A stretch of DNA of 64,000 nucleotides from an uncultured Pirellulales bacterium (GCA_964507485.1 CAZDQP010000001.1:753-64752); one strand, 5' to 3'; positions 15,981 through 26,524 are shown, counted from the stretch's first letter. The notes: generated by a model from the sequence alone, not told the origin. A program made the numbers and translations.

Positions 15981-18038
15981 ATGAAAAAGAAAAATGAAAA
16001 AGCAGAGCCGCTTGACATAGCGACCAGTCTTCTGGACTATGCCAAGCGTCGTGAAGAGGTCGGCATGGCGATAACCGGAAGGTGGATAGCCATGTGGCAG
16101 GACTCTCTCAGCTATTTTCTGTCTCATCAGTTGAAGGGCCGCAAGAAATCGAAGAAGTGGGACTGGGTGGTCGTCAATTATCTGTGGCCTTCGGTAATGC
16201 AGGAGATGGCGAAGCTGGCGAGGAATTTCGAGTTTATAGCCACTCCCGGCGACTCCAGTGACTCCGAGGCCGCCGAGGCATTTCAGGGTTTTCTTCACTG
16301 GCAATGGCGTAAAAAAGGTGGTCTTCACCCCAATACTATGAGGATAGAGCAGTTAAAGGCCATTTTGGACGGCAAGCTGCACGGATACAGGGTTTCTAAG
16401 CTTTACTGGGAAGAGAAAGTAAGGTTCAATCGTAAGGTTTTCCCACCTCGGTGGGAGGGTCAGGTCCGGCACCGTTTATGGCCGCCTCAGCAGTTCTGGG
16501 CGTCTGATAAGGAATATATTAACGACGGCGACTGTGGAACGGTGAGATATATCGAGTTGAGTTACGCCAAAAGTTTATGGTCGGATTATAAGTCTTCACT
16601 TGAGGAGAATTCCGTTTCATTCATTGAAGCCCAGCGAGGCACAGGTGATACTATAAGGGGGCGTACGGCGGCCAATGCGACCTACGGCACTTCCTCCGCC
16701 ACCGGTGGTATCGACCGTGGAGTCTATCAGGGCCAGGGTTCCAGCCAGCTTCTCGATCTTGTTCTCAGTTCTTTTGCCGATGAAGGCGTCGCAGGCGAAA
16801 GGGAGGACGACCTTAGATACTGCCGTATATCCGAGGAATACTTAAAAGACCCTCGTGAGGAACACAAAAAGGAGGTCATTCCACAGGACCCCGATATTTT
16901 AGAAAAGCAGGGCCTTATACGGCCGGGCGATAACGGCACTTTCGTTGATACAGAGGGCAATCCGATAGAGGATTTCGATACCCAGTTCCCGTCCGATGAA
17001 ATCGAATGGGACGAACCGTTATTCGAGAATGGCCGGTATATCATAAGAAACGAAGATACTATCCTCAATCCGGACGAAGAGGACCAGAAATATCCTCATT
17101 CGGTATGGCCTTTCATTGTTACACCGCATTACCTACTGCCTCATATGTGGCAGGGTTCGGACGCCTTCAGCCTCTATAAGGATACGCAGGACCATATAAA
17201 CGTTACCGTTTCACACTTACTGAATAATAACCGTGAATTCGGCGACCCGAGGATAGCGGTCGAATCCGGTGCGCTTGACCCTGTAAGGAACAGGATGGAA
17301 AAGCCGTTTTCCATTATGAGGGGAGCGGGCGCGATTATACGACTGGCCAGAGGCGGCCTTAGCAGGCTCAAGATTATACCACCAACACCTATCGGGGCGG
17401 GCAATCTTGCCCTTTACCAGCTATTTGTCCAGGAGTTCAAGAATATTCAGGGCCTTCAGGACATAGCAAGGGGCAAAAAAACGGAAGGTGAAATGACCGC
17501 CACTCAATCGCAGTTCCTTGCAATAAGCTCCAACGACCGGATAAAGTTACAGAACATATTCGAGGAGCAGTGGGCTTTCGAGTTAGGCTCTCTCCTGGCC
17601 GAGATGGACCAGTATTACTATGAAGCCGACCGAATTATCCGTGTTATCGGTGAGGACAACGTCATGGGCGCCTACCAGATAACACAGCATGTCAAAGAAG
17701 CCGAGTTCGATATCGACCTTGAACCGACCGAATGTATGCCCTTCGACGAGGAAAAGACGATTATTAAATACGAGAAAGCTTACGGCCTTCTCAATAACCC
17801 TGTCCCGAACCCAATGCTGCCGGACATGCTGAGGGTACTGAAAATAAAGGCGTGGCAGAAGATACTCAAAAAACATCAGATATGGCAGGACTGGGTCGCA
17901 TACGAAAAACTTATTATGGCCGTCCAGAACGGTGAGATAAAGCCGGAGGACGCCGTTGGAATGTTAATTCAGAACGCCAAGCAGAGGATAATGGCACAAG
18001 GAGAAAACAATGGAAACAGAAGCACCGTCTCGGCCTAA
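15981..18038 (+). CDS. portal protein (putative)
   Basis: About 685 aa, immediately downstream of terL. ATG at 15981 is preferred over the track start at 15867. Confidence 0.6.
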   Translation: MKKKNEKAEPLDIATSLLDYAKRREEVGMAITGRWIAMWQDSLSYFLSHQLKGRKKSKKWDWVVVNYLWPSVMQEMAKLARNFEFIATPGDSSDSEAAEAFQGFLHWQWRKKGGLHPNTMRIEQLKAILDGKLHGYRVSKLYWEEKVRFNRKVFPPRWEGQVRHRLWPPQQFWASDKEYINDGDCGTVRYIELSYAKSLWSDYKSSLEENSVSFIEAQRGTGDTIRGRTAANATYGTSSATGGIDRGVYQGQGSSQLLDLVLSSFADEGVAGEREDDLRYCRISEEYLKDPREEHKKEVIPQDPDILEKQGLIRPGDNGTFVDTEGNPIEDFDTQFPSDEIEWDEPLFENGRYIIRNEDTILNPDEEDQKYPHSVWPFIVTPHYLLPHMWQGSDAFSLYKDTQDHINVTVSHLLNNNREFGDPRIAVESGALDPVRNRMEKPFSIMRGAGAIIRLARGGLSRLKIIPPTPIGAGNLALYQLFVQEFKNIQGLQDIARGKKTEGEMTATQSQFLAISSNDRIKLQNIFEEQWAFELGSLLAEMDQYYYEADRIIRVIGEDNVMGAYQITQHVKEAEFDIDLEPTECMPFDEEKTIIKYEKAYGLLNNPVPNPMLPDMLRVLKIKAWQKILKKHQIWQDWVAYEKLIMAVQNGEIKPEDAVGMLIQNAKQRIMAQGENNGNRSTVSA

Positions 18039-18198
18039 AGAGAAGATGATAAACGGTTTTCCCGAATGGGAGGCCATGGGCTTCGCTGATACTATCGACC
18101 GGGCACTTGAAATCAAGTCGAACCCGAAGAAACTTAAGGCCGCGATGATGGTCATAAGACAGAGACAGAAAAGAGATAAGACCGCTCGGGAGGTTTGA
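18010..18198 (+). CDS. hypothetical protein
   Basis: 62-aa ORF overlapping the portal 3' end. Confidence 0.3.
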   Translation: METEAPSRPKEKMINGFPEWEAMGFADTIDRALEIKSNPKKLKAAMMVIRQRQKRDKTAREV

Positions 18199-18202
18199 CA
18201 AA

Positions 18203-18412
18203 ATGAGTCCATGGGCACCTTCAGACGCAAAACATAAAACTAAAAAAGCAAATACTAAAAAGAAAAAACGGCAGTGGTCTGATGTGGCTAACAGCGCCTT
18301 GGCTTCAGGCGACTCGGAGGCCTCGGCTATAAGACAGGCCAATGCCGTCGTTGCCGGAACAGCAAAACACAGAGGACGAAAAAAGAAGAAAGGCTGGTCA
18401 GATAAACTATGA
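18203..18412 (+). CDS. small basic protein, ChaB-like C-terminus (tentative)
   Basis: Lys-rich, with WSDVANSALASGDSEASAIRQANAVVAG. Confidence 0.3.
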   Translation: MSPWAPSDAKHKTKKANTKKKKRQWSDVANSALASGDSEASAIRQANAVVAGTAKHRGRKKKKGWSDKL

Positions 18413-18720
18413 AACATGAATTCATATTAGCTGATGTTAACGTATCAAGGCCGGGCATAGCTGTACTCAACTGTGAGATAAGGACATGGAAAGACGCCGA
18501 CCCGACCACCGGGGCAGCTGACTTTTCGGATACCATCACACAACAGGCCAAGACCCATGTCGAGGGCTTTACTACCGCACAGCTTCTTGACCGTGTCCGG
18601 AAGGAACTTACGGCCAAAGCGCAGGAAAAAATTAATATAAGGGCTGAAGAACTCCAGATACTGTCGAAACAGGCACTCGCTGATTTGATAACGGATATTG
18701 ACGGCACTTTAACCAGTTAG
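18409..18720 (+). CDS. hypothetical structural-module protein
   Basis: 103-aa ORF with a 4-nt overlap. Confidence 0.45.
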   Translation: MKHEFILADVNVSRPGIAVLNCEIRTWKDADPTTGAADFSDTITQQAKTHVEGFTTAQLLDRVRKELTAKAQEKINIRAEELQILSKQALADLITDIDGTLTS

Positions 18721-18729
18721 GAGTAGATT

Positions 18730-19365
18730 ATGGCAGCTACAATAGAAACAGAACGTACCGTTACGGAACTTCTGGCCTGGACTGACCTGTCGGATACAGG
18801 CAATGTTCCATGGCTTGAGACCTCACAGATAGACATATCAAATGAAGTAGGATGCCTCTTGAATATCGATATGGCTCAGGACAATACAACGGCCATAGCA
18901 GACTCGCCTATCTGGATTGCATGGGGCAAGGCCGGCAGTACGGACGATGACTGGCATGAATTCGCCAGAGGCAGTTATGGAACGATTGCTAATGGTGTTA
19001 CAGATTTGTCTGCTGACAGTCTTAGCTCCGGCGATACTACCTGTAGGGTGGCCGATACTACCCATATGGAATATTATGGTCAGAAAGTTTTTATAAAACA
19101 CTCAACTTTAGCAAATTCAATGATAAACACAGTCGTTGATTATTCTAATGATGTTATGGTTGAATTACTTGATGGCGCTACGGCTGATTTTACGGATTCT
19201 GCGGATATAATGTGTCCATCAACAGGTGATGGCGTAAAACAATGGTCTGTCAGAGTGCCGGATGAGATGTGGGCGGCCAAGATAAGTTTTCATAACAGGG
19301 ACAACGACGCAATATTCGCATGTCGCGTGCAGTATAACTTTATAACGGACTATACGAGTGCTTAA
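18730..19365 (+). CDS. hypothetical structural-module protein
   Basis: 211-aa ORF. Confidence 0.5.
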   Translation: MAATIETERTVTELLAWTDLSDTGNVPWLETSQIDISNEVGCLLNIDMAQDNTTAIADSPIWIAWGKAGSTDDDWHEFARGSYGTIANGVTDLSADSLSSGDTTCRVADTTHMEYYGQKVFIKHSTLANSMINTVVDYSNDVMVELLDGATADFTDSADIMCPSTGDGVKQWSVRVPDEMWAAKISFHNRDNDAIFACRVQYNFITDYTSA

Positions 19366-20345
19366 TGTCTGATTTCTTAACAAAATCTAAACCCATGATG
19401 GGGTCATTAATTGACTATGGACATTTCCTGTCCCATGGCCTTATCGGCTGCTGGCTTATGAACGAGAATAAAGGAAATGTAATTTATGATATCAGCGGCT
19501 GGGGCAGGCACCTGTCTTTCGGTGGTGATGCCAACTGGAATAAAGAGGAGCATTGCGTAAATTTTCCGACCCCTGATAATGATTATCTCGGCACAGTGGA
19601 TGTGAACGGGCCTAAACGCTTTACAGTTATAGGATGGGTCCGCATTGCCAACGATAGTATCTTTCATACTATATTAAGCTGGTGCGCCGATGCAGGAAGC
19701 GGTGCCGATGAAGGATTATGGTTCGGATTCGACCCGTCAAGCGGTGCAGGTTCGAGAATCTATTATTATTCAAAGCTCGGGCTGAATTTTTCGGCAGACA
19801 CTTCTTATAGTATAAACGATGGAGAATTTCATCAGTTGACATTAAGCTATGACGGCGTGGCCGTGCGATACGGACTTGACGGCAAATATTTCGATAGTGA
19901 CGCCGTTTCCGGTGACCCAACCTATAACGTGCTCTCCGGCGACAATACACTTTGTATTGGTTCTATTGAAAATGGTTCGATATATGGCCATGACGGAGAT
20001 ATAGGAACTGTCTCTATTTATGACCATGCAATTACTGATTTCGAATTGTCACAACTATATACCGAACCTTATTGTTTCATATCAGGCGGCAGAAGAAGAA
20101 AACTGTTTATCGCCGAGGAAATAGCCGCAGGCGGAGTTGTCCAGGCGGCGGGCGAGGCTACAATAACAACTTCATCCCTTGCGGGCATGAGAAGATTGAA
20201 TATCCCGGGGGCCGGCACCGCAACGGTGACAACCGCTTCCTATGCAGGCTGTACGGGCGGGGCGGTGTCCGGTGTAGAAGAAATACTAAGGTACAGAAGG
20301 TTTAATTCAAAAAAATTATATGGTTTCGGAAGAGTAAACTTTTGA
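19365..20345 (+). CDS. LamG/concanavalin-like domain protein
   Basis: FTVIGWVR...GEFHQLTLSYDGVAVRYGLDGKY...LCIGS fits the LamG jelly-roll pattern. Confidence 0.55.
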   Translation: MSDFLTKSKPMMGSLIDYGHFLSHGLIGCWLMNENKGNVIYDISGWGRHLSFGGDANWNKEEHCVNFPTPDNDYLGTVDVNGPKRFTVIGWVRIANDSIFHTILSWCADAGSGADEGLWFGFDPSSGAGSRIYYYSKLGLNFSADTSYSINDGEFHQLTLSYDGVAVRYGLDGKYFDSDAVSGDPTYNVLSGDNTLCIGSIENGSIYGHDGDIGTVSIYDHAITDFELSQLYTEPYCFISGGRRRKLFIAEEIAAGGVVQAAGEATITTSSLAGMRRLNIPGAGTATVTTASYAGCTGGAVSGVEEILRYRRFNSKKLYGFGRVNF

Positions 20346-22111
20346 AGAAAATAGTATTAATTATTTTATTAACAGCGGCTTTGTGTAATGCCTATACACC
20401 GCCGATAGGGATAGTCGATCCACCGTCTGTACTAATGGATGCAGATGTGGATAATTATTTAGGTCAGACCTATGACTTTACTTTAGACGGTCGCGGTGTT
20501 CAGACTTATCCTGTTTCCAGTTCGGGTCATCCATATACTCACTATATTAACAGTGCTACAGGTGATGATACAAGCAATCCGTACGGAACCGAAGCTAACC
20601 CAAGGGCTACTATTCCCTTCGAAGGCGATAAAGACCCCGATACCGCCGCAAAGGCACTTGCAGCGGGAAGTATAATCGAACTTCACGGCGGCCCTTTTGT
20701 CGGACAATCGAAAGATTCTTTGTACTGCGCGGGTACTCAGGCGGCCCCTATATTTATAAGGGGTGAGGACGGTGCTACTATAGGCACTTTCATTTTTTAT
20801 CTCGCAGGCTACTATGTAGTTATCGAGGACTTAAACTTCAGTGCGACCAGATTGCTACTGGATAAAGTGGCCGCCACGATTAGTAATTTCGGAATAGATT
20901 ACTGCATTATCAGAAATTGTACAGCCACCGGCACGGGAGTAGATGACGGTGACCTTACTTTTCTGGATATATTCGGCGGCGGTTCAGGCGCAACTTTAGA
21001 TGCTTCTTATATAGTGGTTTATAATAATGAGATTTCCCAATATGGCGACTGGACGGACACGCAGACTTTTCCGCAACCTACACCAAATGACTGTTGTGGT
21101 ATATATATCTGGGGATATTCGTCTTATATATGGATTCTCAATAATACCATCCACAATAACAACGGCGATTCCATCCAGGTAGGAAGTGATGCGGCAAGGA
21201 ACACACATCATATCTATATAGGAGACAATGAATGTTATGAGGACAGGGAAAATGCGCTCGATATAAAGGAAGCTGAAGATGTAATTGTTTCTCATAATTC
21301 ATTTCACGATTACTATGAACTCGGTAGAGATGATGATGGAATATGTTGTGTAACTCATGGCCAAGGTTCACTTCCTGGACTTTTGACGGAAAGCCCTCAT
21401 TATGTCTGGTATTTATTTAATGATATTTACAATGCCAGTTACGGCCTTCATGTAAGTCATACCGGAGAATACATATATCTTATAGGAAATACATTTAGAA
21501 ATTGTCCGAAAAGCGGTTACGGCGGACCTACCAACCAACCCGCCCTGAATGCTTATCTTTTCCAGGGCGGAGGCAGTGAATATCATTATTATATAAATAA
21601 TACGATAGAAAACTGTCAGGCGGGAATCTGGATAACCTGTAATGTATCAGACCCTACTATTTATATTTATAACAACATAATTGATACGCTTTCAGAAGGA
21701 ACTACACTTCCCTGGCAGAACAGTCATATCATTAGCGACGGCAGTAAGAACGACTGGATAGATATGGATTATAACCTGTTCTGTCAGTCAGGCGGAAGTG
21801 CCCAGATATATCTGAAACCTACCACATATTCACTTGCCACCTATCAGGCGACCGGAGAAGGATTGAACTGCGATGAAGATGATCCTGTATTTACAAATCA
21901 GGCAAGCGATGATTTGACTTTACAAATTACAAGTAACGCCAGAGGCGTTGGAACTTCTGGGGGTGTGGTAAATACGGTTTACTCTACTTTTCAAAGCCGT
22001 TATGGAATAGATATAACCGAAGATAAAAACGGCACTGATATAACGGCCTGGGACGCAGGTGCTTACCAGTACACTTCAGGCGTAAAATACTTCTTTTTAT
22101 GGATACCGTGA
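20342..22111 (+). CDS. right-handed parallel beta-helix protein (tailspike/depolymerase-like) with N-terminal signal-like segment
   Basis: Repeated NNTIHNNNGDSIQVG, NNEISQYGD and NNTIENCQAGIWI motifs. N-terminus KKIVLIILLTAALCNA. TTG start. Confidence 0.6.
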   Translation: MKKIVLIILLTAALCNAYTPPIGIVDPPSVLMDADVDNYLGQTYDFTLDGRGVQTYPVSSSGHPYTHYINSATGDDTSNPYGTEANPRATIPFEGDKDPDTAAKALAAGSIIELHGGPFVGQSKDSLYCAGTQAAPIFIRGEDGATIGTFIFYLAGYYVVIEDLNFSATRLLLDKVAATISNFGIDYCIIRNCTATGTGVDDGDLTFLDIFGGGSGATLDASYIVVYNNEISQYGDWTDTQTFPQPTPNDCCGIYIWGYSSYIWILNNTIHNNNGDSIQVGSDAARNTHHIYIGDNECYEDRENALDIKEAEDVIVSHNSFHDYYELGRDDDGICCVTHGQGSLPGLLTESPHYVWYLFNDIYNASYGLHVSHTGEYIYLIGNTFRNCPKSGYGGPTNQPALNAYLFQGGGSEYHYYINNTIENCQAGIWITCNVSDPTIYIYNNIIDTLSEGTTLPWQNSHIISDGSKNDWIDMDYNLFCQSGGSAQIYLKPTTYSLATYQATGEGLNCDEDDPVFTNQASDDLTLQITSNARGVGTSGGVVNTVYSTFQSRYGIDITEDKNGTDITAWDAGAYQYTSGVKYFFLWIP

Positions 22112-22112
22112 T

Positions 22113-22844
22113 ATGAAAAAGCTGATTTTTACTTTAATATTGTGTTTTGCAAGTTTATCTTTTGCAAGTCCAGTTTCTTCTTTCGGCGGATTTCTTGAAG
22201 CAGATACGCAGGTTATAGTTACTATCGGCCCTTTTGTTGATGTGGCCGACCATGTAACTCCTGAAACCGCAGTAACTTTAACAGGAGGTGGTGATAATGC
22301 AGATGAGGCCGAATTATTAAAAAACGGCTCTACAAGTGTGGTAGATATATCGAGTAATACATGGGCTGCCGTAACCAACTGTGACGGATGGTATTCCTTG
22401 ACACTTACAACAAGTGATACCGATACCGAGGGAAATCTGCTTATAGTAATCCAAAATGATTCGGTACATGATGCAGTCAGTGTAAGATACGAAGTGCAGG
22501 GGCAGGCTGCCTATAACAGTGAGCATATAACCAAGGCAAGCGGTTATATAGACGTCGACGTTACCGCAATAAGTACAAGTACGACCGCCGCAGATAACGA
22601 AGAAACGGCTTTTGATACGGATTTCGCAACGAACTATGACGCAGCGAATGATATGTGGGTAACTAATGTGGGTTTATGGAATAGTAATAGCATACCATGC
22701 ACGACAGCCCAGGTAGTTTCAGACGCCGCCGCTTCCGGCGATGTGGCGGATAGCGTTCTCGATGAATTAGTAACAGACCATGATAGTACGAAATGGTCTC
22801 TGGGCTGGATGCTGAAAAAAATTTACGATTATGTGAGTTGGTAA
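22113..22844 (+). CDS. hypothetical protein with signal-like N-terminus
   Basis: N-terminus MKKLIFTLILCFASLSFASP. Confidence 0.5.
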   Translation: MKKLIFTLILCFASLSFASPVSSFGGFLEADTQVIVTIGPFVDVADHVTPETAVTLTGGGDNADEAELLKNGSTSVVDISSNTWAAVTNCDGWYSLTLTTSDTDTEGNLLIVIQNDSVHDAVSVRYEVQGQAAYNSEHITKASGYIDVDVTAISTSTTAADNEETAFDTDFATNYDAANDMWVTNVGLWNSNSIPCTTAQVVSDAAASGDVADSVLDELVTDHDSTKWSLGWMLKKIYDYVSW

Positions 22845-22846
22845 TT

Positions 22847-23353
22847 ATGAGTTATGACAGTGTAATGCAGAATGGTTATAACAGGATGCGGAAGCAGGAC
22901 GTGACTGCCGATGATGCCGCTTTCGACGGTTCCAGTTCCGGCGCACGATACACGGATATCACAAAGAGAGAAGTATTCTTTTTCGATACAGGCGCTAATG
23001 TCGTGGAAATAATGTTCTACGGCGAGGGCGACGACGGTGATACTTTCGGAGTCGAAATTTGGAATGTCATTAAGGGCGGATACGCCGAATATGTCGCCGA
23101 TATAACAGGCGCGCTCGGGACCGCTTATGCAGACATTACGAACAGGGACTCCACCGAAAGATTGTTTGCCGATGATGTTACTATCAGTGATTCAGACCAC
23201 CTGAAAGGCGTAACCATTGCCGACCAGGGCAATAACAGGTATAGCAAAATAACTTATTCTCCGTTCGGCGCTATCGGCGGATGTGTCAGGTTTTATAACG
23301 TGGGCGGAGTTGGAGAAGTTGCAAGAATCGTTCCGATGATACGGTTCTTTTAG
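22847..23353 (+). CDS. structural-module protein, paralog A
   Basis: About 50% identical by eye to the product of 23769-24275 (FDGS..GARYTDIT...DDGDTFG...DSTERLF...ADQGNNR...FYNVGG...RFF). Confidence 0.55.
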   Translation: MSYDSVMQNGYNRMRKQDVTADDAAFDGSSSGARYTDITKREVFFFDTGANVVEIMFYGEGDDGDTFGVEIWNVIKGGYAEYVADITGALGTAYADITNRDSTERLFADDVTISDSDHLKGVTIADQGNNRYSKITYSPFGAIGGCVRFYNVGGVGEVARIVPMIRFF

Positions 23354-23367
23354 AAAGGAATTAAGAT

Positions 23368-23757
23368 ATGGCAGGCAGTGTTAGTGATTATGGCGAAAAC
23401 GCGCTTTTGGATTATCTTTGCGCAAGTGCTTTACAGTTGGCGCTTTTACTGGCTGACCCACTGGATGATAATTCGGGAATGCTGGAACCTACAGATGATA
23501 CGGACTATGAAAGAAAGGCGGTTGCCGCCGCCGACTGGGGCGCAGCAGGAGCAGGCTCGATAACGACGGTAAATCCCCTTAGTTTCTGTGCCGCTGATTC
23601 GGATTTTTCAACGGTCAGTCACTGGGGACTATATGATTCGACTGAAACAGGGGCAGGCAATTTGCTGGTACATGGTGATTTGAGTACGGCAAGGGATGTC
23701 ACTGGCGGTGAGACCTTAACATTTGCCGCAGGTAAGATAACTGTAACCTGCGCATAA
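23368..23757 (+). CDS. hypothetical structural-module protein
   Basis: 129-aa ORF between the two paralogs. Confidence 0.5.
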   Translation: MAGSVSDYGENALLDYLCASALQLALLLADPLDDNSGMLEPTDDTDYERKAVAAADWGAAGAGSITTVNPLSFCAADSDFSTVSHWGLYDSTETGAGNLLVHGDLSTARDVTGGETLTFAAGKITVTCA

Positions 23758-23768
23758 GGAGCAAAGAT

Positions 23769-24275
23769 ATGACAATTTTACATACAATGCGGAATCCTTT
23801 TTGTCCGGCGAGAAAACTGGATGTTACCGTAGCCGATACCGCTTTCGACGGCTCGACAAAAGGCGCACGATATACCGACATAACAAGAAGGGATATATAC
23901 GAGCTTGATGAGGCATGTAACGGTATCGAAGTATTATTTGCGGCGGAAGCGGACGACGGCGATACTTTCGGCTGTGAAATCTTAAACGTGACAAGAGATG
24001 GCCTTGCTGATATGGTTGCCGATGTAACGGGTGCGGTCGGGACTGCCTGGGCTGATATGACCAATATAGATTCAACGGAAAGATTGTTTGTTGATGATTT
24101 ATCCATATCAGCCGAATATCACTTGAAGGAAGTAACTGTAGCCGACCAGGGAAATAATCGGTTCGCTAAACTCGGCTGGGATACTATCGGGGCAAGGGCA
24201 ATATATTTCCGCTTCTATAATGTAGGAGGCGGCGGCCAATGCGCAAGAATAAGACCCTGGGTTCGGTTTTTCTAA
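23769..24275 (+). CDS. structural-module protein, paralog B
   Basis: Paralog of 22847-23353. Confidence 0.55.
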   Translation: MTILHTMRNPFCPARKLDVTVADTAFDGSTKGARYTDITRRDIYELDEACNGIEVLFAAEADDGDTFGCEILNVTRDGLADMVADVTGAVGTAWADMTNIDSTERLFVDDLSISAEYHLKEVTVADQGNNRFAKLGWDTIGARAIYFRFYNVGGGGQCARIRPWVRFF

Positions 24276-24376
24276 TTATTTAAGGAATATACTATTTAAT
24301 AAAAATTAAAAACCAAAAGAATACAAGCACAGACAAGTCGCTCTTGTTAAGGTGCTATCCCACCGAGCTTGGATAG

Positions 24377-24411
24377 AAGCCGTCGGTTATTTACTGACGG
24401 CTTTTTCTTTT
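24377..24411 (+). terminator. rho-independent terminator
   Basis: AAGCCGTCGG / CTGACGGCTT stem, 7-nt loop, then TTTTTCTTTT. Confidence 0.7.
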
Positions 24412-24543
24412 GGGAAATATGACAGTTAACTGTGAAGAAGGAAAAAGGTCTAAACGACAAACTTCGGGCTTCACGGGATTTAAGTTACCTAATAATGCGG
24501 AAAGAACCAAGAGTTCAAACGCAAGCGTTGAAAGGAAAAAGTT

Positions 24544-25416
24544 ATGGCTAAAGCAGATTCAGACCTTTTAGAAGATTTAATTGACCAGCAGTTGGAGACC
24601 GACGATGACGGCCCTCAGATTTTTTCAGACCTGCCTGATACCAGCGAAAGTGAGTTGACGGACGAAGAAGCCTCAGAAAAAGAAGAAGAAACTGAAGAGA
24701 AAGAAGAAGAGGAAAAGTCTGAAGAAAAAGACAAATGGGACAAAGACAAGCAGATGATTGAGTTCGAACGTGCCAATGCACGTCGGGCAAGAGAAGAACT
24801 TTCCACGATTCAGACTGCTTATTCCCAGGCTAATGAACAGCTCAATCAGCTTAAGCAGGAAATTACCTCTCTCAAGCATGAAAAGAAAGAAGAGGCGAAT
24901 AAGCTCGAAGATATGGATGAGGATATGGTTGATAAGGCCGTATCAAAGAATATTCGTCTTATCGAGAACAGGCTGAGAGAAAAGGAAAAGCAGGTTGATG
25001 ATATCTTGAAAAAGATATCTCAATACGAGGAAAGTCAGGCCGAGAATCAACGGAAAGAAAGCAACGAGCAGGCGAAGCAGGCGGTATTCAGGACAACTGA
25101 AAAAACGCTTGCGAGGGCCGGTATTAAAAATATGGCTAAATACCGGTCGGCCGCTAATGAACTTGCCAATCATCTCGTCGATATCGGCCAGGTTATACAG
25201 CCGCAGAACTTCGAAGAGGCCGTTGACCTTATGGCGGACTGCTATCTGAAGGTCAAAGAAAGAGCTGAAAAAAAGATTAAAAAGAAAGGGTCTGTCTCTG
25301 TTGATACGGGCAAAGGCGGCGTTGGCGGTACTCGCAAAAAAGAAACCGGAATAAAACCGGGTAAACTTAAGGACGTCAAAGCCCAAATGCTCAAAGACCG
25401 GTCTTGGCTCGACTAA
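24544..25416 (+). CDS. scaffolding protein (putative)
   Basis: Acidic Glu-rich N-terminus and a long coiled-coil, directly upstream of the capsid gene. Confidence 0.6.
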   Translation: MAKADSDLLEDLIDQQLETDDDGPQIFSDLPDTSESELTDEEASEKEEETEEKEEEEKSEEKDKWDKDKQMIEFERANARRAREELSTIQTAYSQANEQLNQLKQEITSLKHEKKEEANKLEDMDEDMVDKAVSKNIRLIENRLREKEKQVDDILKKISQYEESQAENQRKESNEQAKQAVFRTTEKTLARAGIKNMAKYRSAANELANHLVDIGQVIQPQNFEEAVDLMADCYLKVKERAEKKIKKKGSVSVDTGKGGVGGTRKKETGIKPGKLKDVKAQMLKDRSWLD

Positions 25417-25439
25417 GAACCGGAGAAATGGAGTATTAA

Positions 25440-26471
25440 ATGGCAACCACAGATTTAGATAAAGCCACACGCGAACTGTTCGTCAAGGGACTCGTTGACC
25501 AGAGTATAATGAGGACACCTGTAATTGAAGAATTGCAGAGAAGAGAACAGGTTACGCATTCCGCAGGCAAGTATGTCGAACGTCTTATTGATACCGAGGA
25601 CATCGACGACCTTGTCCAGACTTATGAAGTCAATGACGCGCTGACCGACGAGAAAAAGACAACTCTCGAAAAGCCGCGCTTCACTTGGCGAAAATCACAA
25701 CTTCCGCTTCGGTATGACGCCGACGAAGAACTGGAAAACGTACACGGCGATCAAGTTGTTCAACTGCTCAATCTTGCCGAACACCTTGTCAAAAAAGGTC
25801 ATACGGCATTAAGAAAGTGGTTTGAAAAACAGATATTCAATAACGGTTCGACCACCCCTGTCGCCGATGGAACATTATCGGCCTGGCAGAGTCTCGTTTC
25901 CGCACTCAATCACGATACTACCTATGGAACTATTTCCAGAAGTTTCTCGGCGGGCACACATGACGAATGGCAGGGCGCCGACCCGGAAGCGCTTACGGAA
26001 AACGTAAGTTCGTCAGGTCAGGACACTTCTTATACGTTGACTAAAGGTAATCTGGCAAAATGGATTAACGAAACAGATGTCGCCGATTCCATGGAGTCGC
26101 CGGAAGACCTTATGATACTGATGTGTCCGACCCTCTGGGATAAACTGCGTGCGGAGTTCGAGGCGCATTCTATGTATAAGTCCGGTATGAAACAGTCTCA
26201 GGGTATTACCAGTATGATGTTCGACGGCCACGAAATCGTTTCCGTACCGTATCTGCAAAGAACATCGACGATGAGAACCTGGCTGTTCATACTCAATCTG
26301 AGATACTTCGAACTTCGTATCCATAATCGCAGAAACTTCAAGACCACTCCTTGGAAATGGCAGGGCGAGAACACGAACGGCTACGATTTCTGGCTTTCAA
26401 GAATACTGTTGCAAGGCAATTTCTGTTGCTGGAAACCGAAATCGAGCATCTGGTTGTCCTCTGTGTCATAG
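25440..26471 (+). CDS. major capsid protein (putative)
   Basis: 343 aa, following the scaffold gene. The operon ends at a strong terminator. Confidence 0.6.
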   Translation: MATTDLDKATRELFVKGLVDQSIMRTPVIEELQRREQVTHSAGKYVERLIDTEDIDDLVQTYEVNDALTDEKKTTLEKPRFTWRKSQLPLRYDADEELENVHGDQVVQLLNLAEHLVKKGHTALRKWFEKQIFNNGSTTPVADGTLSAWQSLVSALNHDTTYGTISRSFSAGTHDEWQGADPEALTENVSSSGQDTSYTLTKGNLAKWINETDVADSMESPEDLMILMCPTLWDKLRAEFEAHSMYKSGMKQSQGITSMMFDGHEIVSVPYLQRTSTMRTWLFILNLRYFELRIHNRRNFKTTPWKWQGENTNGYDFWLSRILLQGNFCCWKPKSSIWLSSVS

Positions 26472-26524
26472 GGACTTACGACAAATTAAGCCTTTTCTTT
26501 CTCAATGAAAGGAGAAAATAAAAA

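Noticed and set aside
17914-18417. 167-aa minus-strand ORF, and similar minus ORFs at 24943-25470 and 33861-34376
   Set aside because: They are shadows opposite well-supported + strand genes (portal, scaffold, aminotransferase) and have no RBS or motifs.
19365-24275. Diversity-generating retroelement targeting the LamG or fiber genes
   Set aside because: There is no reverse transcriptase in the window, and I saw no template/variable repeat pair with adenine-specific differences.
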